This document shows, in pieces, positions 1 through 9,902 of a DNA stretch of 64,000 nt. The number at the start of each line of letters is the position of its first letter. Positions within the stretch are counted from its first letter, which is position 1. Origin of the DNA: Defluviicoccus sp. (GTDB lineage Bacteria; Pseudomonadota; Alphaproteobacteria; MPNO01); the NCBI GenBank assembly GCA_022823775.1, contig JAJEHI010000086.1, forward strand, positions 1,309 through 65,308, given 5' to 3'. The position numbers were made by a program, and so were the translations under genes. The notes under the pieces are model-generated. The model had not been told where the DNA came from, searched no databases, and saw only the letters and a program-made list of their open reading frames with translations.

Positions 1-237
1 GACCAGCCGTTCGGTCTCGGCGATCCCTTCTTCTTCGACATGGTGGGGGTGAATACCGACCGAGCAGTCGACCGCCCCGTGGTCCCGCGCCAGCGACCGC
101 ACGCGTTCGAACTCGGTCAGCTTCGTGCAGATGGTCACGACGCGGCCGACGCCCGCTTCACGCGCGCGTTGCAGGGCCTCGGCCCGATCCTCTTCGAACG
201 CGTCGAAATCGAGGTGGCAGTGGCTGTCGACCAGCAT
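1..237 (-). CDS. tatD: TatD-family metal-dependent hydrolase; N-terminal part, gene runs off window start
   Basis: Reverse-complement translation of 1..240 gives VMLVDSHCHLDFDAFEEDRAEALQRAREAGV..., the canonical TatD N-terminus (SHCHLD motif). The start overlaps the metG stop, as in the conserved metG-tatD arrangement. Confidence 0.7.
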   Translation of the reverse strand, partial: MLVDSHCHLDFDAFEEDRAEALQRAREAGVGRVVTICTKLTEFERVRSLARDHGAVDCSVGIHPHHVEEEGIAETERLV

Positions 238-1805
238 CACGCGGACGCCTCTCCGGCGGTTTCTTCCTGCATCCGGGGAAAGACCGGGCTGGGCTTGGGC
301 AGCGCCGTCCCCACCGGCACGTTGTCGGCCGATCCGAGGTTGGCGAATGTGCGCCGCCCCGGGTCGACGGCGAGCTGGTCGAGGATGCGCCCGGCCGATT
401 CGGGCATGAAGGGTTGCAGCACGATCGCGACGCGCCGGATCGTCTGGACCAGCGTGGCAAGCACCGCCCCGGTCCGAACCCTGTCTTCCTTGATGGACGC
501 CCAGGGCGCCTGGCGGTCGACATAGGCGTTGGCCTGGCGGACGACCGACCAGACCGCGTCCAGCGCCTCGTGGAAGGCCTGCGCGCGCATGCGGTCGCGG
601 CAGGTTTCGAGCAGCCCGGAAGCCGCGTCCAGCAGCTCATGGTCGGCATCCCGGTGTCCGCCCGCGTGCACCGGCATCGTGCCGTCGAAATAGCGCTGGA
701 TCATCGACGCGACCCGCTGGACGAGATTGCCGAGATCGTTGGCGAGGTCGCCGTTGATGCGGTTCACCATGGCGCGGTGCGAGAAATCGCCGTCGTTTCC
801 GAACGGCACCTCGCGCAGCAGGAAGTAGCGCACCTGATCGAGGCCGTAACGCTCGATCACCTCGAAAGGATCGATGATGTTGCCGATCGATTTCGAGATC
901 TTCTGGCCCTCGTTGGTCCACCAGCCGTGCGCGAAGATCCGCTTGGGCGGGTCGATGCCCGCGCCCATCAGGAAGGCCGGCCAGTAGACCGCGTGGAAGC
1001 GCAGGATATCCTTGCCGACCATGTGAAGATCGCACGGCCAGTACATTGAAAAATCGGGCGAATCCGTGTCCGGATAATCGACCGCCGTGGCGTAGTTGGT
1101 GAGCGCGTCGAGCCACACATACATGATGTGGTCGGCGTCGTCCGGCACCGGCACGCCCCACTTGAAGCTGGTGCGCGAGATCGAGAGATCCTTGAGCCCG
1201 CCTTTGACGAAGCTCACCACCTCGTTGCGGCGCGACGGCGGCGCGATGAAGTCGGGGTTGGCCTCGTAGAACGCCAGCAGCCGGTCCTGCCACTTGGACA
1301 GATCGAAGAAATAGCTCGGCTCTTCCACCCATTCCGCCTCGGCGCCCGACGGCGCGCGCCTGATCCCGTCTTCGCCTTCGGCGATCTCGTTCTCGTCGTA
1401 AAACGCCTCGTCGCGCACCGCGTACCATCCGGAATAGCTGCCGAGATAGATGTGGCCGTTATCCATCAGGGCCTGCCAGATCGCCTGCGAAGCCCGGGCG
1501 TGGCGGGGCTCGGTGGTGCGTATGAACGCGTCGTTGGAGAAATTCATCGCCTTGGCGAGTTCGCGGAAGTTCTCCGATACCCGATCCGTGAAGGCCTGGG
1601 GATCCATGCCCGCAGCCTGCGCCGATTTCTCTACCTTCTGGCCGTGCTCGTCGGTGCCGGTCAGAAAGAACACGTCATAGCCGTCGAGCCTCATGAAGCG
1701 CGCCAGCGCGTCGCAGGCCAGCGTCGTATAGGCGTGCCCGATATGGGGAGCGTCGTTGACGTAGTAGATCGGCGTCGTCAGGTAGAAGCGCTTATCGTCG
1801 GACAT
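237..1805 (-). CDS. metG: Methionyl-tRNA synthetase
   Basis: 522-aa ORF with a class I aaRS HIGH motif (PIYYVNDAPHIGHAYTT) and KISKS-type motif (KISKSIGN). Conserved neighbourhood tmk-holB-metG-tatD. Confidence 0.95.
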   Translation of the reverse strand: MSDDKRFYLTTPIYYVNDAPHIGHAYTTLACDALARFMRLDGYDVFFLTGTDEHGQKVEKSAQAAGMDPQAFTDRVSENFRELAKAMNFSNDAFIRTTEPRHARASQAIWQALMDNGHIYLGSYSGWYAVRDEAFYDENEIAEGEDGIRRAPSGAEAEWVEEPSYFFDLSKWQDRLLAFYEANPDFIAPPSRRNEVVSFVKGGLKDLSISRTSFKWGVPVPDDADHIMYVWLDALTNYATAVDYPDTDSPDFSMYWPCDLHMVGKDILRFHAVYWPAFLMGAGIDPPKRIFAHGWWTNEGQKISKSIGNIIDPFEVIERYGLDQVRYFLLREVPFGNDGDFSHRAMVNRINGDLANDLGNLVQRVASMIQRYFDGTMPVHAGGHRDADHELLDAASGLLETCRDRMRAQAFHEALDAVWSVVRQANAYVDRQAPWASIKEDRVRTGAVLATLVQTIRRVAIVLQPFMPESAGRILDQLAVDPGRRTFANLGSADNVPVGTALPKPSPVFPRMQEETAGEASA

Positions 1806-1830
1806 CTCGCCCTCCGGTGCTCGGGCGCGG

Positions 1831-2880
1831 TCAGACGCGCATCGCGGATTGCAGTTGCCGGAACGCGCCCAGCACGACCTGCTTGCGGTCGAGGTTGACG
1901 CTTTCGGCCCGGTCGATCAGCCGGGCACACTTCTCCCATAGCGTGGCCAGACGATCAAGACCGGCGCGGGCGGCGACGTTCGACGCGGCCTTTCCCTCGC
2001 CCTCGACGACTTCTTCTCCCGGAAGTCCGCCGTCGGCGCCCGCGCGCGCGACGCGAGCGATCCACCACAGGAAGAGCTGCATCGCCGTCCGGTAGGCCGG
2101 CTCCGCGTCCCGCCGGGTGAGACGGTCGGAGAACTCGTGCAGCGCCGGCAGATCGAGATCGGGGAGCGTGGCCGCAAGACCGACGACGGTATCCAGCAGT
2201 TCGAGCCCTCCGGCTTCCAGCAGCGCGAACGCGCGCCCCGGGCTGCCCTCGGCGACCGCGAGCAGCCGGGCGAGATCGCCGGGCTCCACCCCTGCCCCGC
2301 CGCGCGTCAGAATTTCTCGCATCGCCGCATCCGCGACCCGGTCGAGCGCCAGTCGGCAGCAACGTGAGCGAATCGTCGGAAGCAATCGGCCGGGCGAATG
2401 GGAAACCATAAGTATCAGCGTATTGTCCGACGGTTCCTCAAGTATTTTCAGAAGAGCGTTTGCGGCGTTCGGATTGAGCTCGTCGGCGCTGTCGACGACC
2501 ACCGCCCGCCACGTCCCCTCGGCCGCGGTCAGGTGCACGAAGTCCCCCGCGGCGCGCACCGCGGCAACCTCGATCGACGTCTTTGGTCGGTCCCCCGTGA
2601 GGTCACGGGAAAGCGTGAGCAGATCCGAGTGTCCGCCCGACGCGACCCGGCGAAACACCGGACGATCCTCCGCGACCGCGAGGGAACCGTCCTCCCCCGC
2701 GTCTCCTCCCGCGAGGACGAACCGCGCGATCCTGAAGGCGAGGGTCGCCTTGCCGATGCCTTGCGGTCCCGCGATCAGCCAGGCGTGCGGCACCCGCCCG
2801 GAACGCCAGGCGGAGAGGAAAACCGCCTCCGCGGCTTCGTGGCCGAACAGGGCCGGATTTTCGCGCGGTTGCATCGGCAT
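1831..2880 (-). CDS. holB: DNA polymerase III delta-prime subunit
   Basis: AAA+ clamp-loader motifs (HAWLIAGPQGIGKATLA, SRCCRL). Start chosen at the internal Met (MPMQPRENP), which has a GGGGACGAG RBS. The longer ORF to 2949 overlaps tmk. Confidence 0.8.
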   Translation of the reverse strand: MPMQPRENPALFGHEAAEAVFLSAWRSGRVPHAWLIAGPQGIGKATLAFRIARFVLAGGDAGEDGSLAVAEDRPVFRRVASGGHSDLLTLSRDLTGDRPKTSIEVAAVRAAGDFVHLTAAEGTWRAVVVDSADELNPNAANALLKILEEPSDNTLILMVSHSPGRLLPTIRSRCCRLALDRVADAAMREILTRGGAGVEPGDLARLLAVAEGSPGRAFALLEAGGLELLDTVVGLAATLPDLDLPALHEFSDRLTRRDAEPAYRTAMQLFLWWIARVARAGADGGLPGEEVVEGEGKAASNVAARAGLDRLATLWEKCARLIDRAESVNLDRKQVVLGAFRQLQSAMRV

Positions 2881-2893
2881 TGCTCGTCCCCGG

Positions 2894-3532
2894 TCAGCCC
2901 GACGCTTCGTCCAACCGGCGCAGAACCGCGGCGAGGACTTCCTCCGCAACCCGGTCTTCGTCCCGCGCGGCGTCGATTACCGCGCAACGGCTGGGCTCCG
3001 AGGCGGCAATTTCCAGGAAACCGTTTCGCACCCGACGATGAAAGTCGAGCAATTGCCTTTCGTACCTGTCCTGAAACGCGGAACGGGTCCGGGTGCGCTC
3101 GAGCCCCGTCTCCGGGTCCAGGTCGAGTATCAGCGTGAGGTCGGGCTGGAACCCGCCCAGCGCGGCCTCGCCGATCGACCGGATCAATTCGAGCGGAGCG
3201 CCTGCCCCGTAACCCTGGTATGCAAGCGTCGAGTCGGCGAAACGGTCGCAGATCACGGTACGGCCGTCCGCGAGCGCGGGCTTGACCGTCTTTGTGAGGT
3301 TCTCCACCCGTCCGGCGAAATAGAGCAGGACCTCGGTCTCCGGCTCCCACCTGGACGCTCCGGGACCGAGCAGCAGGGCCCGGATCCGTTCCGCCTCGAC
3401 GGTGCCGCCCGGCTCGCGGGTGACCGTGGAGGGGACGCCGCGCCGTTCGAGGCTTCGCGCGAGCCGGCCGGCCTGGGTCGACTTGCCCGCCCCCTCGCCG
3501 CCTTCGATGGTGATGAACCGGCCGCCCTTCAT
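2894..3532 (-). CDS. tmk: Thymidylate kinase
   Basis: MKGGRFITIEGGEGAGKSTQ P-loop at the internal Met. The upstream extension of the ORF is Arg-rich and overlaps rlpA, so the start is set at M31. Confidence 0.85.
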   Translation of the reverse strand: MKGGRFITIEGGEGAGKSTQAGRLARSLERRGVPSTVTREPGGTVEAERIRALLLGPGASRWEPETEVLLYFAGRVENLTKTVKPALADGRTVICDRFADSTLAYQGYGAGAPLELIRSIGEAALGGFQPDLTLILDLDPETGLERTRTRSAFQDRYERQLLDFHRRVRNGFLEIAASEPSRCAVIDAARDEDRVAEEVLAAVLRRLDEASG

Positions 3533-3545
3533 GCGCGCCGGCGGA

Positions 3546-4442
3546 TCAGTTCGACACGATCTTGGCGTTCGAACGGCTTCGCGCCGACACCGCGCCGAGG
3601 AGGCTCCTCGCCCGGGCCACATCGGTATAGGGGCCGAGCAGGACGCGGTAGAGCAGCGGACCCGTGCCGCGCTGTGCGATCACGGCGCGGCCAAGCGGCG
3701 CGAGCCTGGCCTTCAGCTTGTTGGCGTTCTCCCGGTTGAGGAAGGCGCCGGCCTGGATGTAGACGCGTTCGATCGCCGGGACCTTCCCCGAACCCGCGCC
3801 CGGCGGCGGCAGAGAAGCCGACTCGACCGGCCCCGTGTTCGCGGGCAGCGGCTCGAACACCACGCCGTCGGCCGCGCTTTGCATCGTCGCCGGCGGCGCG
3901 GTCTTCCTTGCGAGCGCAGCCACTTGCCGGCTTTCCTCGGGCATGATCCGGACCCGCACGCGGGCCGTCCCCTTGTAGCGGAACCCCAGCAGCTGGGCAC
4001 CCCGGCGCGACATGTCGATGATGCGCCCGCGCACGAACGGCCCGCGGTCGTTGACACGAACCTCGATCTGGCGCCCGTTGTCCAGGTTGGTGACCCGGAC
4101 CATGGAGGGCATGGGCAACGTCTGGTGCGCCGCGGATACGGCGTTCATGTCGAAGAACTCACCGTTCGCGGTGCGTTTGCCGTGGAATTTGGGGCCGTAC
4201 CACGACGCGATCCCGGTCTCGTCGTAGCTCTCGTCGATCATCGGCCGATAGGTGACGCCGTCGATGTCGTAGGGCTTGCCGACCTTGTAGGTCCCCTCCA
4301 CGGGCGGCGGCGCGACATAGGCCGTCTTGCGTTCGCCACTGCCGCACGCGGCGACCAGAAGAACGGCTCCGACGCCGAAGGCGGCCTTCGCCCGTCGCCG
4401 GAGGCTTTCGATCGCTAGAACGCGGGGATGGTGCGGACCCAT
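3546..4442 (-). CDS. rlpA: Septal ring lytic transglycosylase RlpA family lipoprotein with C-terminal SPOR domain
   Basis: DPBB/RlpA core (SWYGPKFHGKRTANGEFFDMNAVSAAH...VRVNDRGPF) followed by a SPOR-like C-terminus. N-terminal signal/lipobox (LLVAACGSG). Confidence 0.85.
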   Translation of the reverse strand: MGPHHPRVLAIESLRRRAKAAFGVGAVLLVAACGSGERKTAYVAPPPVEGTYKVGKPYDIDGVTYRPMIDESYDETGIASWYGPKFHGKRTANGEFFDMNAVSAAHQTLPMPSMVRVTNLDNGRQIEVRVNDRGPFVRGRIIDMSRRGAQLLGFRYKGTARVRVRIMPEESRQVAALARKTAPPATMQSAADGVVFEPLPANTGPVESASLPPPGAGSGKVPAIERVYIQAGAFLNRENANKLKARLAPLGRAVIAQRGTGPLLYRVLLGPYTDVARARSLLGAVSARSRSNAKIVSN

Positions 4443-4454
4443 CGCTCGCCGCCT

Positions 4455-5432
4455 CTATCGGCCGCCGATGCGGTCGGCAAGCGTGCCGACCGCCGTCGCG
4501 AACAGGTTCGACCGGTTCCACCGGAGGATCGCCCGGAAGTTGTCGTAGACGACATAGGCTGATCCGTTCGCGCCGCCCGGCTGCAGGATCGAGGACCGCA
4601 GGTTGCGGGTCGGCAGGTTCCGGCCGTCCGGCCTGCGTACGCCGAGACGCTGCCAGTCGTGCAGCCCCTTGCGCACCTTGAGCCCGATCGCCGTCCGGTC
4701 GAACCCCTTCGGCAGCCGTACCATGCGGCCCCAGGTCTGGTCGCCGCGCCAGCCCACCTTGCTCAGATAGTTGGCGCTGGAAGCGAAGACGTCGCCGAGC
4801 GTGCCCCAGATATCGCGCCGCCCGTCCCCGTCGTAATCGACCGCGTAACGCAGGAACGACGACGGCATGAACTGGTTCTGCCCCATCGCGCCCGCCCACG
4901 AGCCCATCATGTCCTTCGCCGCGATGTGCCCCTGGTCGATGACGGTGAGCGCGTTGAAAAGTTCCTTGCGGAAATAGGCCGACCGGCGCCCGTCATAGGC
5001 AAGGGAAGCCAGCGCCGGGATGACCGGAAAACCGCCGAGATAGCGTCCGAAATCGGTCTCGATGCCCCAGAGCGCCACGACGAAGCGGGGCTGGACCCTG
5101 TATTTCGCCGAAATCTTGCCGAGGAGGTCCCGGTGCTCGGCAAGCCGCGCCCTGCCCTTCTCGATCCGCGCCTTCGACACCACCCGCGACAGGTACCGGT
5201 CGAGCGTCAGCTTGAATTCGGGCTGCCGGCGGTCGAGCTCGACGACGCGCTTTATCGGGTCGATATCCGACAGGGCGGACTCGATCGTCGATTCCTTGAG
5301 CCCCCGGTCGCGGGCCTCCTTGCGAACGCCTTCGAGCCAGGCGTCGAAAGCCGGATCGGCCCAACCGGGCGAGGCCAGCGTAACGAGAACGCCGCCGACG
5401 ATCAGCAGCCGCCAAGCGTTGCGAAATGCCAT
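4455..5432 (-). CDS. Lytic murein transglycosylase (MltB/Slt35-like)
   Basis: Signal peptide, then GIETDFG and MGQNQFMPSS motifs typical of the MltB family. Confidence 0.8.
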   Translation of the reverse strand: MAFRNAWRLLIVGGVLVTLASPGWADPAFDAWLEGVRKEARDRGLKESTIESALSDIDPIKRVVELDRRQPEFKLTLDRYLSRVVSKARIEKGRARLAEHRDLLGKISAKYRVQPRFVVALWGIETDFGRYLGGFPVIPALASLAYDGRRSAYFRKELFNALTVIDQGHIAAKDMMGSWAGAMGQNQFMPSSFLRYAVDYDGDGRRDIWGTLGDVFASSANYLSKVGWRGDQTWGRMVRLPKGFDRTAIGLKVRKGLHDWQRLGVRRPDGRNLPTRNLRSSILQPGGANGSAYVVYDNFRAILRWNRSNLFATAVGTLADRIGGR

Positions 5433-5582
5433 CGGCCCCTTTCCGGATCCCTGAAGAGGCAGCGCACCGGAGCGTTAGTGCCACGGTTCGGACGACTCGG
5501 CAACGAAGAACGGCCGACGCTGGCCAGCGCCGGCGCCCGCCTCTATATGACAGGCAATGCGTGACACTGCCGCAAACCCGCC

Positions 5583-7433
5583 ATGACCGAGGCCGAGCGG
5601 ACCGGATCGGGCCGCAAGCTAGAGGACAGCTTCGAGTGGCACGCTCTGGCTTCGCTGCTGCCCTATCTCTGGCCCAGGGGCGCGTTCGAGATCAGGTTAC
5701 GGGTCGCGGTGGCGCTGGGCTTCCTCGCGCTTGCCAAGATCGCCACCGTCTATATTCCGGTCCTTTACAAGGAGGCGGTGGATATCCTCGGCGCGGACGG
5801 CGAGGTGCTGGCGGTCGTGCCCGTCGGCGTGATCCTCGGCTACGGCATCGTCCGGGTGCTGGCGACCGCCTTCGGGGAACTCCGCGACGCGATCTTCGCC
5901 AAGGTCGGCCAGCGGGCGATCCGCCAGGTCGCGCTCGCGACCTTCCGCCACCTGCACGGGCTCGCGCTCCGCTTCCATCTCGACCGCCAGACCGGCGGGC
6001 TGTCGCGGGCGATCGAACGCGGCACCAAGGCGATCGATTTCCTGCTCCGCTTCGCGCTGTTCCACATCCTGCCGACGCTGCTCGAACTGGCGATGGTCTG
6101 CGTCATCCTGTGGACCCTGTTCAATTTCTGGTTCGCGCTGGTGACGCTCTGCACCATCGTGGGATTCGTGGCCTACACGATGGTCGTCACCGAGTGGCGC
6201 CTGAAATACCGCAGGCGCATGAACGAGACCGACCAGGAAGCGAACACGCGGGCGATCGACAGCCTGCTCAATTACGAGACCGTCAAGTATTTCGGCAACG
6301 AGGCCTATGAGGCGCGCCGCTTCGATTCGGCGCTGCGGCGCTACGAGCGGGCGGCGGTGACCAGCAACGCCTCGCTGTCGCTGCTCAACATCGGACAGGC
6401 GCTTATCGTCGGCTGCGGGCTCGCCGGGATGATGCTGATGGCGGGCTACGGCGTGGCGGAAGGCACGATGACGGTCGGCGATTTCGTCATGGTCAACACC
6501 TATCTCATCCAGCTCTATCTGCCGCTCGGCTATCTCGGCTTCGTCTATCGCGAGATCAAGCAGTCGCTGGCCGACATGGAAGCGATGTTCTACCTCCTCG
6601 GCGTCGAGCCCGAGGTGGAGGACGCCCCGCTTGCCCGGCCGCTCGCCGACGGGCCGGGAGAGATCGTCTTCCGCGACGTCTCGTTCGGTTACGATTCGCG
6701 CCGCCGCATCCTGCACGAAGTGAGCTTCGCCGTCCCGCCCGGGCGCCGCGTCGCCATAGTGGGGCCCACGGGGGCCGGGAAATCGACCCTGTCGCGCCTG
6801 CTCTACCGGTTCTACGACGTGACCGACGGCGAGATCGCCATCGACGGCCAGGACATCCGGAGCGTCACCCAGGCGAGCGTCCGCGCCTCGATCGGGATCG
6901 TCCCGCAGGACACCGTGCTGTTCAACGATACCGTCTATTACAATATCGCCTACGGCCGACCCGACGCGACGCCGGCCGAGGTCGAGGCGGCCGCGCGCAC
7001 CGCCGCGATCCACGACCAGATCGCGGCGATGCCGGACGGCTACCAGACGGTGGTCGGCGAACGCGGGCTCAAGCTCTCGGGCGGCGAGAAGCAGCGCGTG
7101 GCGATCGCCCGGACGATCCTCAAGCGCCCCCGCATCCTGATGTTCGACGAGGCCACCTCGGCGCTCGACACCCGCACCGAACGGGAAATTCAGGTCGCTC
7201 TCAGGGAAATATCGCGGGACCGGACGACGCTGGTGATCGCGCACCGGCTGTCCACGGTGGTCGACGCCGACGAGATTCTCGTCCTGGAAGAGGGTCGCAT
7301 CGTCGAACGCGGCGCCCACGCGGCGCTGCTCGCGCGCGACGGCACCTACGCGCAGATGTGGGCCCGGCAGCGGGAAGCGGGCGAGGACGCCGCCCTGCCG
7401 CAAGGCGGAACGCCTCTCCCCGCCCGACCCTGA
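5583..7433 (+). CDS. ABC transporter, fused permease/ATPase, ATM1/heavy-metal exporter type
   Basis: Six-TM N-terminal domain followed by Walker A (GPTGAGKST), ABC signature (LSGGEKQRVAIAR) and Walker B (ILMFDEATSALD). Confidence 0.85.
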   Translation: MTEAERTGSGRKLEDSFEWHALASLLPYLWPRGAFEIRLRVAVALGFLALAKIATVYIPVLYKEAVDILGADGEVLAVVPVGVILGYGIVRVLATAFGELRDAIFAKVGQRAIRQVALATFRHLHGLALRFHLDRQTGGLSRAIERGTKAIDFLLRFALFHILPTLLELAMVCVILWTLFNFWFALVTLCTIVGFVAYTMVVTEWRLKYRRRMNETDQEANTRAIDSLLNYETVKYFGNEAYEARRFDSALRRYERAAVTSNASLSLLNIGQALIVGCGLAGMMLMAGYGVAEGTMTVGDFVMVNTYLIQLYLPLGYLGFVYREIKQSLADMEAMFYLLGVEPEVEDAPLARPLADGPGEIVFRDVSFGYDSRRRILHEVSFAVPPGRRVAIVGPTGAGKSTLSRLLYRFYDVTDGEIAIDGQDIRSVTQASVRASIGIVPQDTVLFNDTVYYNIAYGRPDATPAEVEAAARTAAIHDQIAAMPDGYQTVVGERGLKLSGGEKQRVAIARTILKRPRILMFDEATSALDTRTEREIQVALREISRDRTTLVIAHRLSTVVDADEILVLEEGRIVERGAHAALLARDGTYAQMWARQREAGEDAALPQGGTPLPARP

Positions 7434-7497
7434 TCCCGCCGTTGCCAGCCAATCCGGCGGGCGGCACTATGGCGCAAGCGAACCAGCGGAGCCTCGT

Positions 7498-8325
7498 GTG
7501 ACCGGATTTTCGGAAGCGACCGTCGAGGAATTGGCCGAGCGCATCGGCGACGGCTGCCTGCTCGCCTTGCCGAAGCCTGACGCGGGTGCGTCGATGGCCG
7601 TCGTTCGGGCGCTGATCCGGCGCCGAGCGAAGAAACTGCGGCTCTGGTGCCTGCCCGCGGCGGGGCTCCAGGCGGATCTCCTGATCGGCGCGGGCTGCGT
7701 GGCCTCTATCGAGTGCAGCGGCGTGTCGCTCGGCGAGTTCGGCGCCGCGCCGCGCTTTCGCCGCGCGGCGGAGAACGGCACCGTGCGCGTCGTCGACAGC
7801 ACCTGCCAGGCCATGTACGCCGCCGTGCAGGCAGGCGAAAAGGGCATGCCCTTCGTCGGGCTGCGCGGCATTCTGGGCTCCGACATTCTGACCCACCGGG
7901 ACGACTGGCGGGTCATGCAGAACCCGTTCGCGGACGGCGAAGATCCCGTCGTCGTCCTGCCCGCGGTGCGGCCCGACATCGCGCTGATCCACGCGCGGCT
8001 CTGCGACTCGCACGGCAACCTCTGGGTCGGGAACGCCCGCGAGGCGGCGGTGCTGGCGCATGCCGCGCATGGCTCGGTCGCCACCTTCGAGGAGCGTTAC
8101 GACGGCAACCTGCTCGACGACGAGCGCATGACGGCGGGCACCGTCGCGCCGATCTATGTCGAGGCCGCCGCGCACGCGCCAAGGGGCGCCTGGCCCCTCG
8201 CCTTCCCCGGCGCCTATCGGGCGGACCGCGAATGCCTCGCCGGGTACGCCGCGGCCGCCGCGACGGAGGCCGGTTTCGCAGCCTGGCTCGACGGGCACGT
8301 GTCCGGAGTCGGCCGGGCCGCGTGA
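7498..8325 (+). CDS. CoA-transferase subunit A (3-oxoacid/glutaconate CoA-transferase family)
   Basis: 275-aa product with family-I CoA-transferase alpha-subunit features. GTG start. Translationally coupled to the following subunit B (GTGA overlap). Confidence 0.75.
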   Translation: MTGFSEATVEELAERIGDGCLLALPKPDAGASMAVVRALIRRRAKKLRLWCLPAAGLQADLLIGAGCVASIECSGVSLGEFGAAPRFRRAAENGTVRVVDSTCQAMYAAVQAGEKGMPFVGLRGILGSDILTHRDDWRVMQNPFADGEDPVVVLPAVRPDIALIHARLCDSHGNLWVGNAREAAVLAHAAHGSVATFEERYDGNLLDDERMTAGTVAPIYVEAAAHAPRGAWPLAFPGAYRADRECLAGYAAAAATEAGFAAWLDGHVSGVGRAA

Positions 8326-9056
8326 CCGCCCCGCCCACCACGGACGAATTCCTCGCCTGCGTCCTCGCGCGCGCGATCGAGGGGCTCGGGAACGTCGCGG
8401 TCGGGACCAGCTCGCCGGTCGCGGCAACCGCGGCATTGCTGATCGAGGAAGAGAGCCAAGGCCGCACCCGTGCGAGCATCCTCGGCAGCCGGCGCTACAA
8501 CCCCTTCAACGACGGCGGCAGCGAGATCCACGACCGCGCCGCGCAAGGGCGGATCGACGCGTTCTTTCTCGGCGGCGGCCAGATCGACGGAGAAGGCAAC
8601 ATCAACCTGGTCGGGACCGGCTCATATCCGGCTGTAAATACCCGTTTTCCAGGAGGTTATGGGTCGGCTTTCCTGTATTTTCTCATTCCTCGCGTGATCC
8701 TGTTCAGGGAAGAGCACAGCCGCCGCGTATTGGTGCCGAAGGTCGATTTCGTGAGTGCACCGGGCACCAGCCCGCCCTCCGTCCATCGCACCGGCGGCCC
8801 CCACGCCCTGGTCACGAAGCTCTGCGTCATGGCCTTCGACCGGGACGCCGGGAGGTTCCGGCTGCAGAGCCTTCATCCCGGCGTGGAGTTGGAAGAGGTG
8901 AAAGAGGCGACCGGGTTCGATTTCGAGATACCGTCGGAAGTTCCCCGAACGCCCCCGCCCGGCCCCGCCAGGCTCGCCCTGATCCGCGGCGTCGTCCGCG
9001 AGCGCGTGGCCGAGACCTACCCCGAATTCGCGGCGACCCGCATCGCCGCCGGTTAG
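8322..9056 (+). CDS. CoA-transferase subunit B
   Basis: The in-frame tail of ORF 7647..9056 beginning VTAPPTTDEFLACVLARAIEGLGNVAVGTSSP... matches beta-subunit family (ENG/glutamate active-site region, NLVGTG). GTG start overlaps the subunit-A stop. Confidence 0.7.
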   Translation: MTAPPTTDEFLACVLARAIEGLGNVAVGTSSPVAATAALLIEEESQGRTRASILGSRRYNPFNDGGSEIHDRAAQGRIDAFFLGGGQIDGEGNINLVGTGSYPAVNTRFPGGYGSAFLYFLIPRVILFREEHSRRVLVPKVDFVSAPGTSPPSVHRTGGPHALVTKLCVMAFDRDAGRFRLQSLHPGVELEEVKEATGFDFEIPSEVPRTPPPGPARLALIRGVVRERVAETYPEFAATRIAAG

Positions 9057-9460
9057 GCGTCGGCCTCACCGATGTCGACCCGACCCGCGACGGCGGCCAA
9101 CGCCCGGTCGAAAGTCTTGATATCGCCGACACCCCGCCGCCGGCAACTCGCCAGATGGCAAAGATCGCGGGCGCCGAGGCCCGGATACAGGTCGCAAAGC
9201 TGACGCGCCAGCGTGACGTCTTCGTTTGTCAGCGGCCATACGTCGATTTCGCACCGTTCGATCAACTCGAGCGCGGCATCGAATGTCGCCACCCTCCCCG
9301 CTCCGAGATAGGCATGCGCGAGCTCCTGTGCGACTTCCGCCGAGGTGACGAGCCGGATGCGCTCGCGGATGCAGGCGGCGAGGAACGTCCGGGCCGGCTC
9401 GCGAAGCGGATGCGCCCGACCGACCGCGTACATGAACACGTTGGTGTCGACGAAGATCAT
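9053..9460 (-). CDS. vapC: PIN-domain toxin VapC
   Basis: MIFVDTNVFMY... PIN signature with conserved acidic residues. ATGA overlap with the upstream antitoxin gene. Confidence 0.8.
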   Translation of the reverse strand: MIFVDTNVFMYAVGRAHPLREPARTFLAACIRERIRLVTSAEVAQELAHAYLGAGRVATFDAALELIERCEIDVWPLTNEDVTLARQLCDLYPGLGARDLCHLASCRRRGVGDIKTFDRALAAVAGRVDIGEADA

Positions 9461-9747
9461 GAGCCGGGTGTGCCGCGCCGGCGCGACTCGTCGATCGCCG
9501 TCAGATGCTCCTCCCACTCCGGCTCCGACGACGGTCCGTCAAGCGTGTCGCATTCCCGGAAAAATTCTTCCAGCGCGGCCGGCGACCGGAACGGGCGGCT
9601 TTGCCGGCGCCTTTGCAGCCGTTCGTGAGCAGCCGCCCGCAACCATGCGCTCAACGACAAGCCCTCTTGCCGCGCCTGATGTGCAAAACGATCCCGATCC
9701 TCGTCGGGGATCAAGAGTTGGACCCTCGCCATACGATGTCTATCCAA
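9457..9747 (-). CDS. vapB: Ribbon-helix-helix (CopG/VapB-type) antitoxin
   Basis: 96-aa product, with an N-terminal RHH-like segment followed by an acidic C-terminus. Directly upstream of and overlapping vapC. Confidence 0.65.
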   Translation of the reverse strand: MDRHRMARVQLLIPDEDRDRFAHQARQEGLSLSAWLRAAAHERLQRRRQSRPFRSPAALEEFFRECDTLDGPSSEPEWEEHLTAIDESRRRGTPGS

Positions 9748-9902
9748 TCAGTATGTGTAGAAATATTGCACATCTGTGGCGGGCCGATCAATCGACGTTC
9801 CCGTGGGCAGCCACGTTTACACGTCGCCGCCGTTCGGCGACAATTCCGCGCCCGCGCCGCAAGCGCCCGGGCAGTTGGCCAATCATCGAGGAGACAGTCA
9901 CG

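Noticed and set aside
5697-7403. 568-aa ORF on the minus strand, antisense to the ABC transporter.
   Set aside because: Arg/Gly/Asp-rich low-complexity translation typical of antisense frames in high-GC DNA. The plus-strand ABC transporter has all the canonical motifs.
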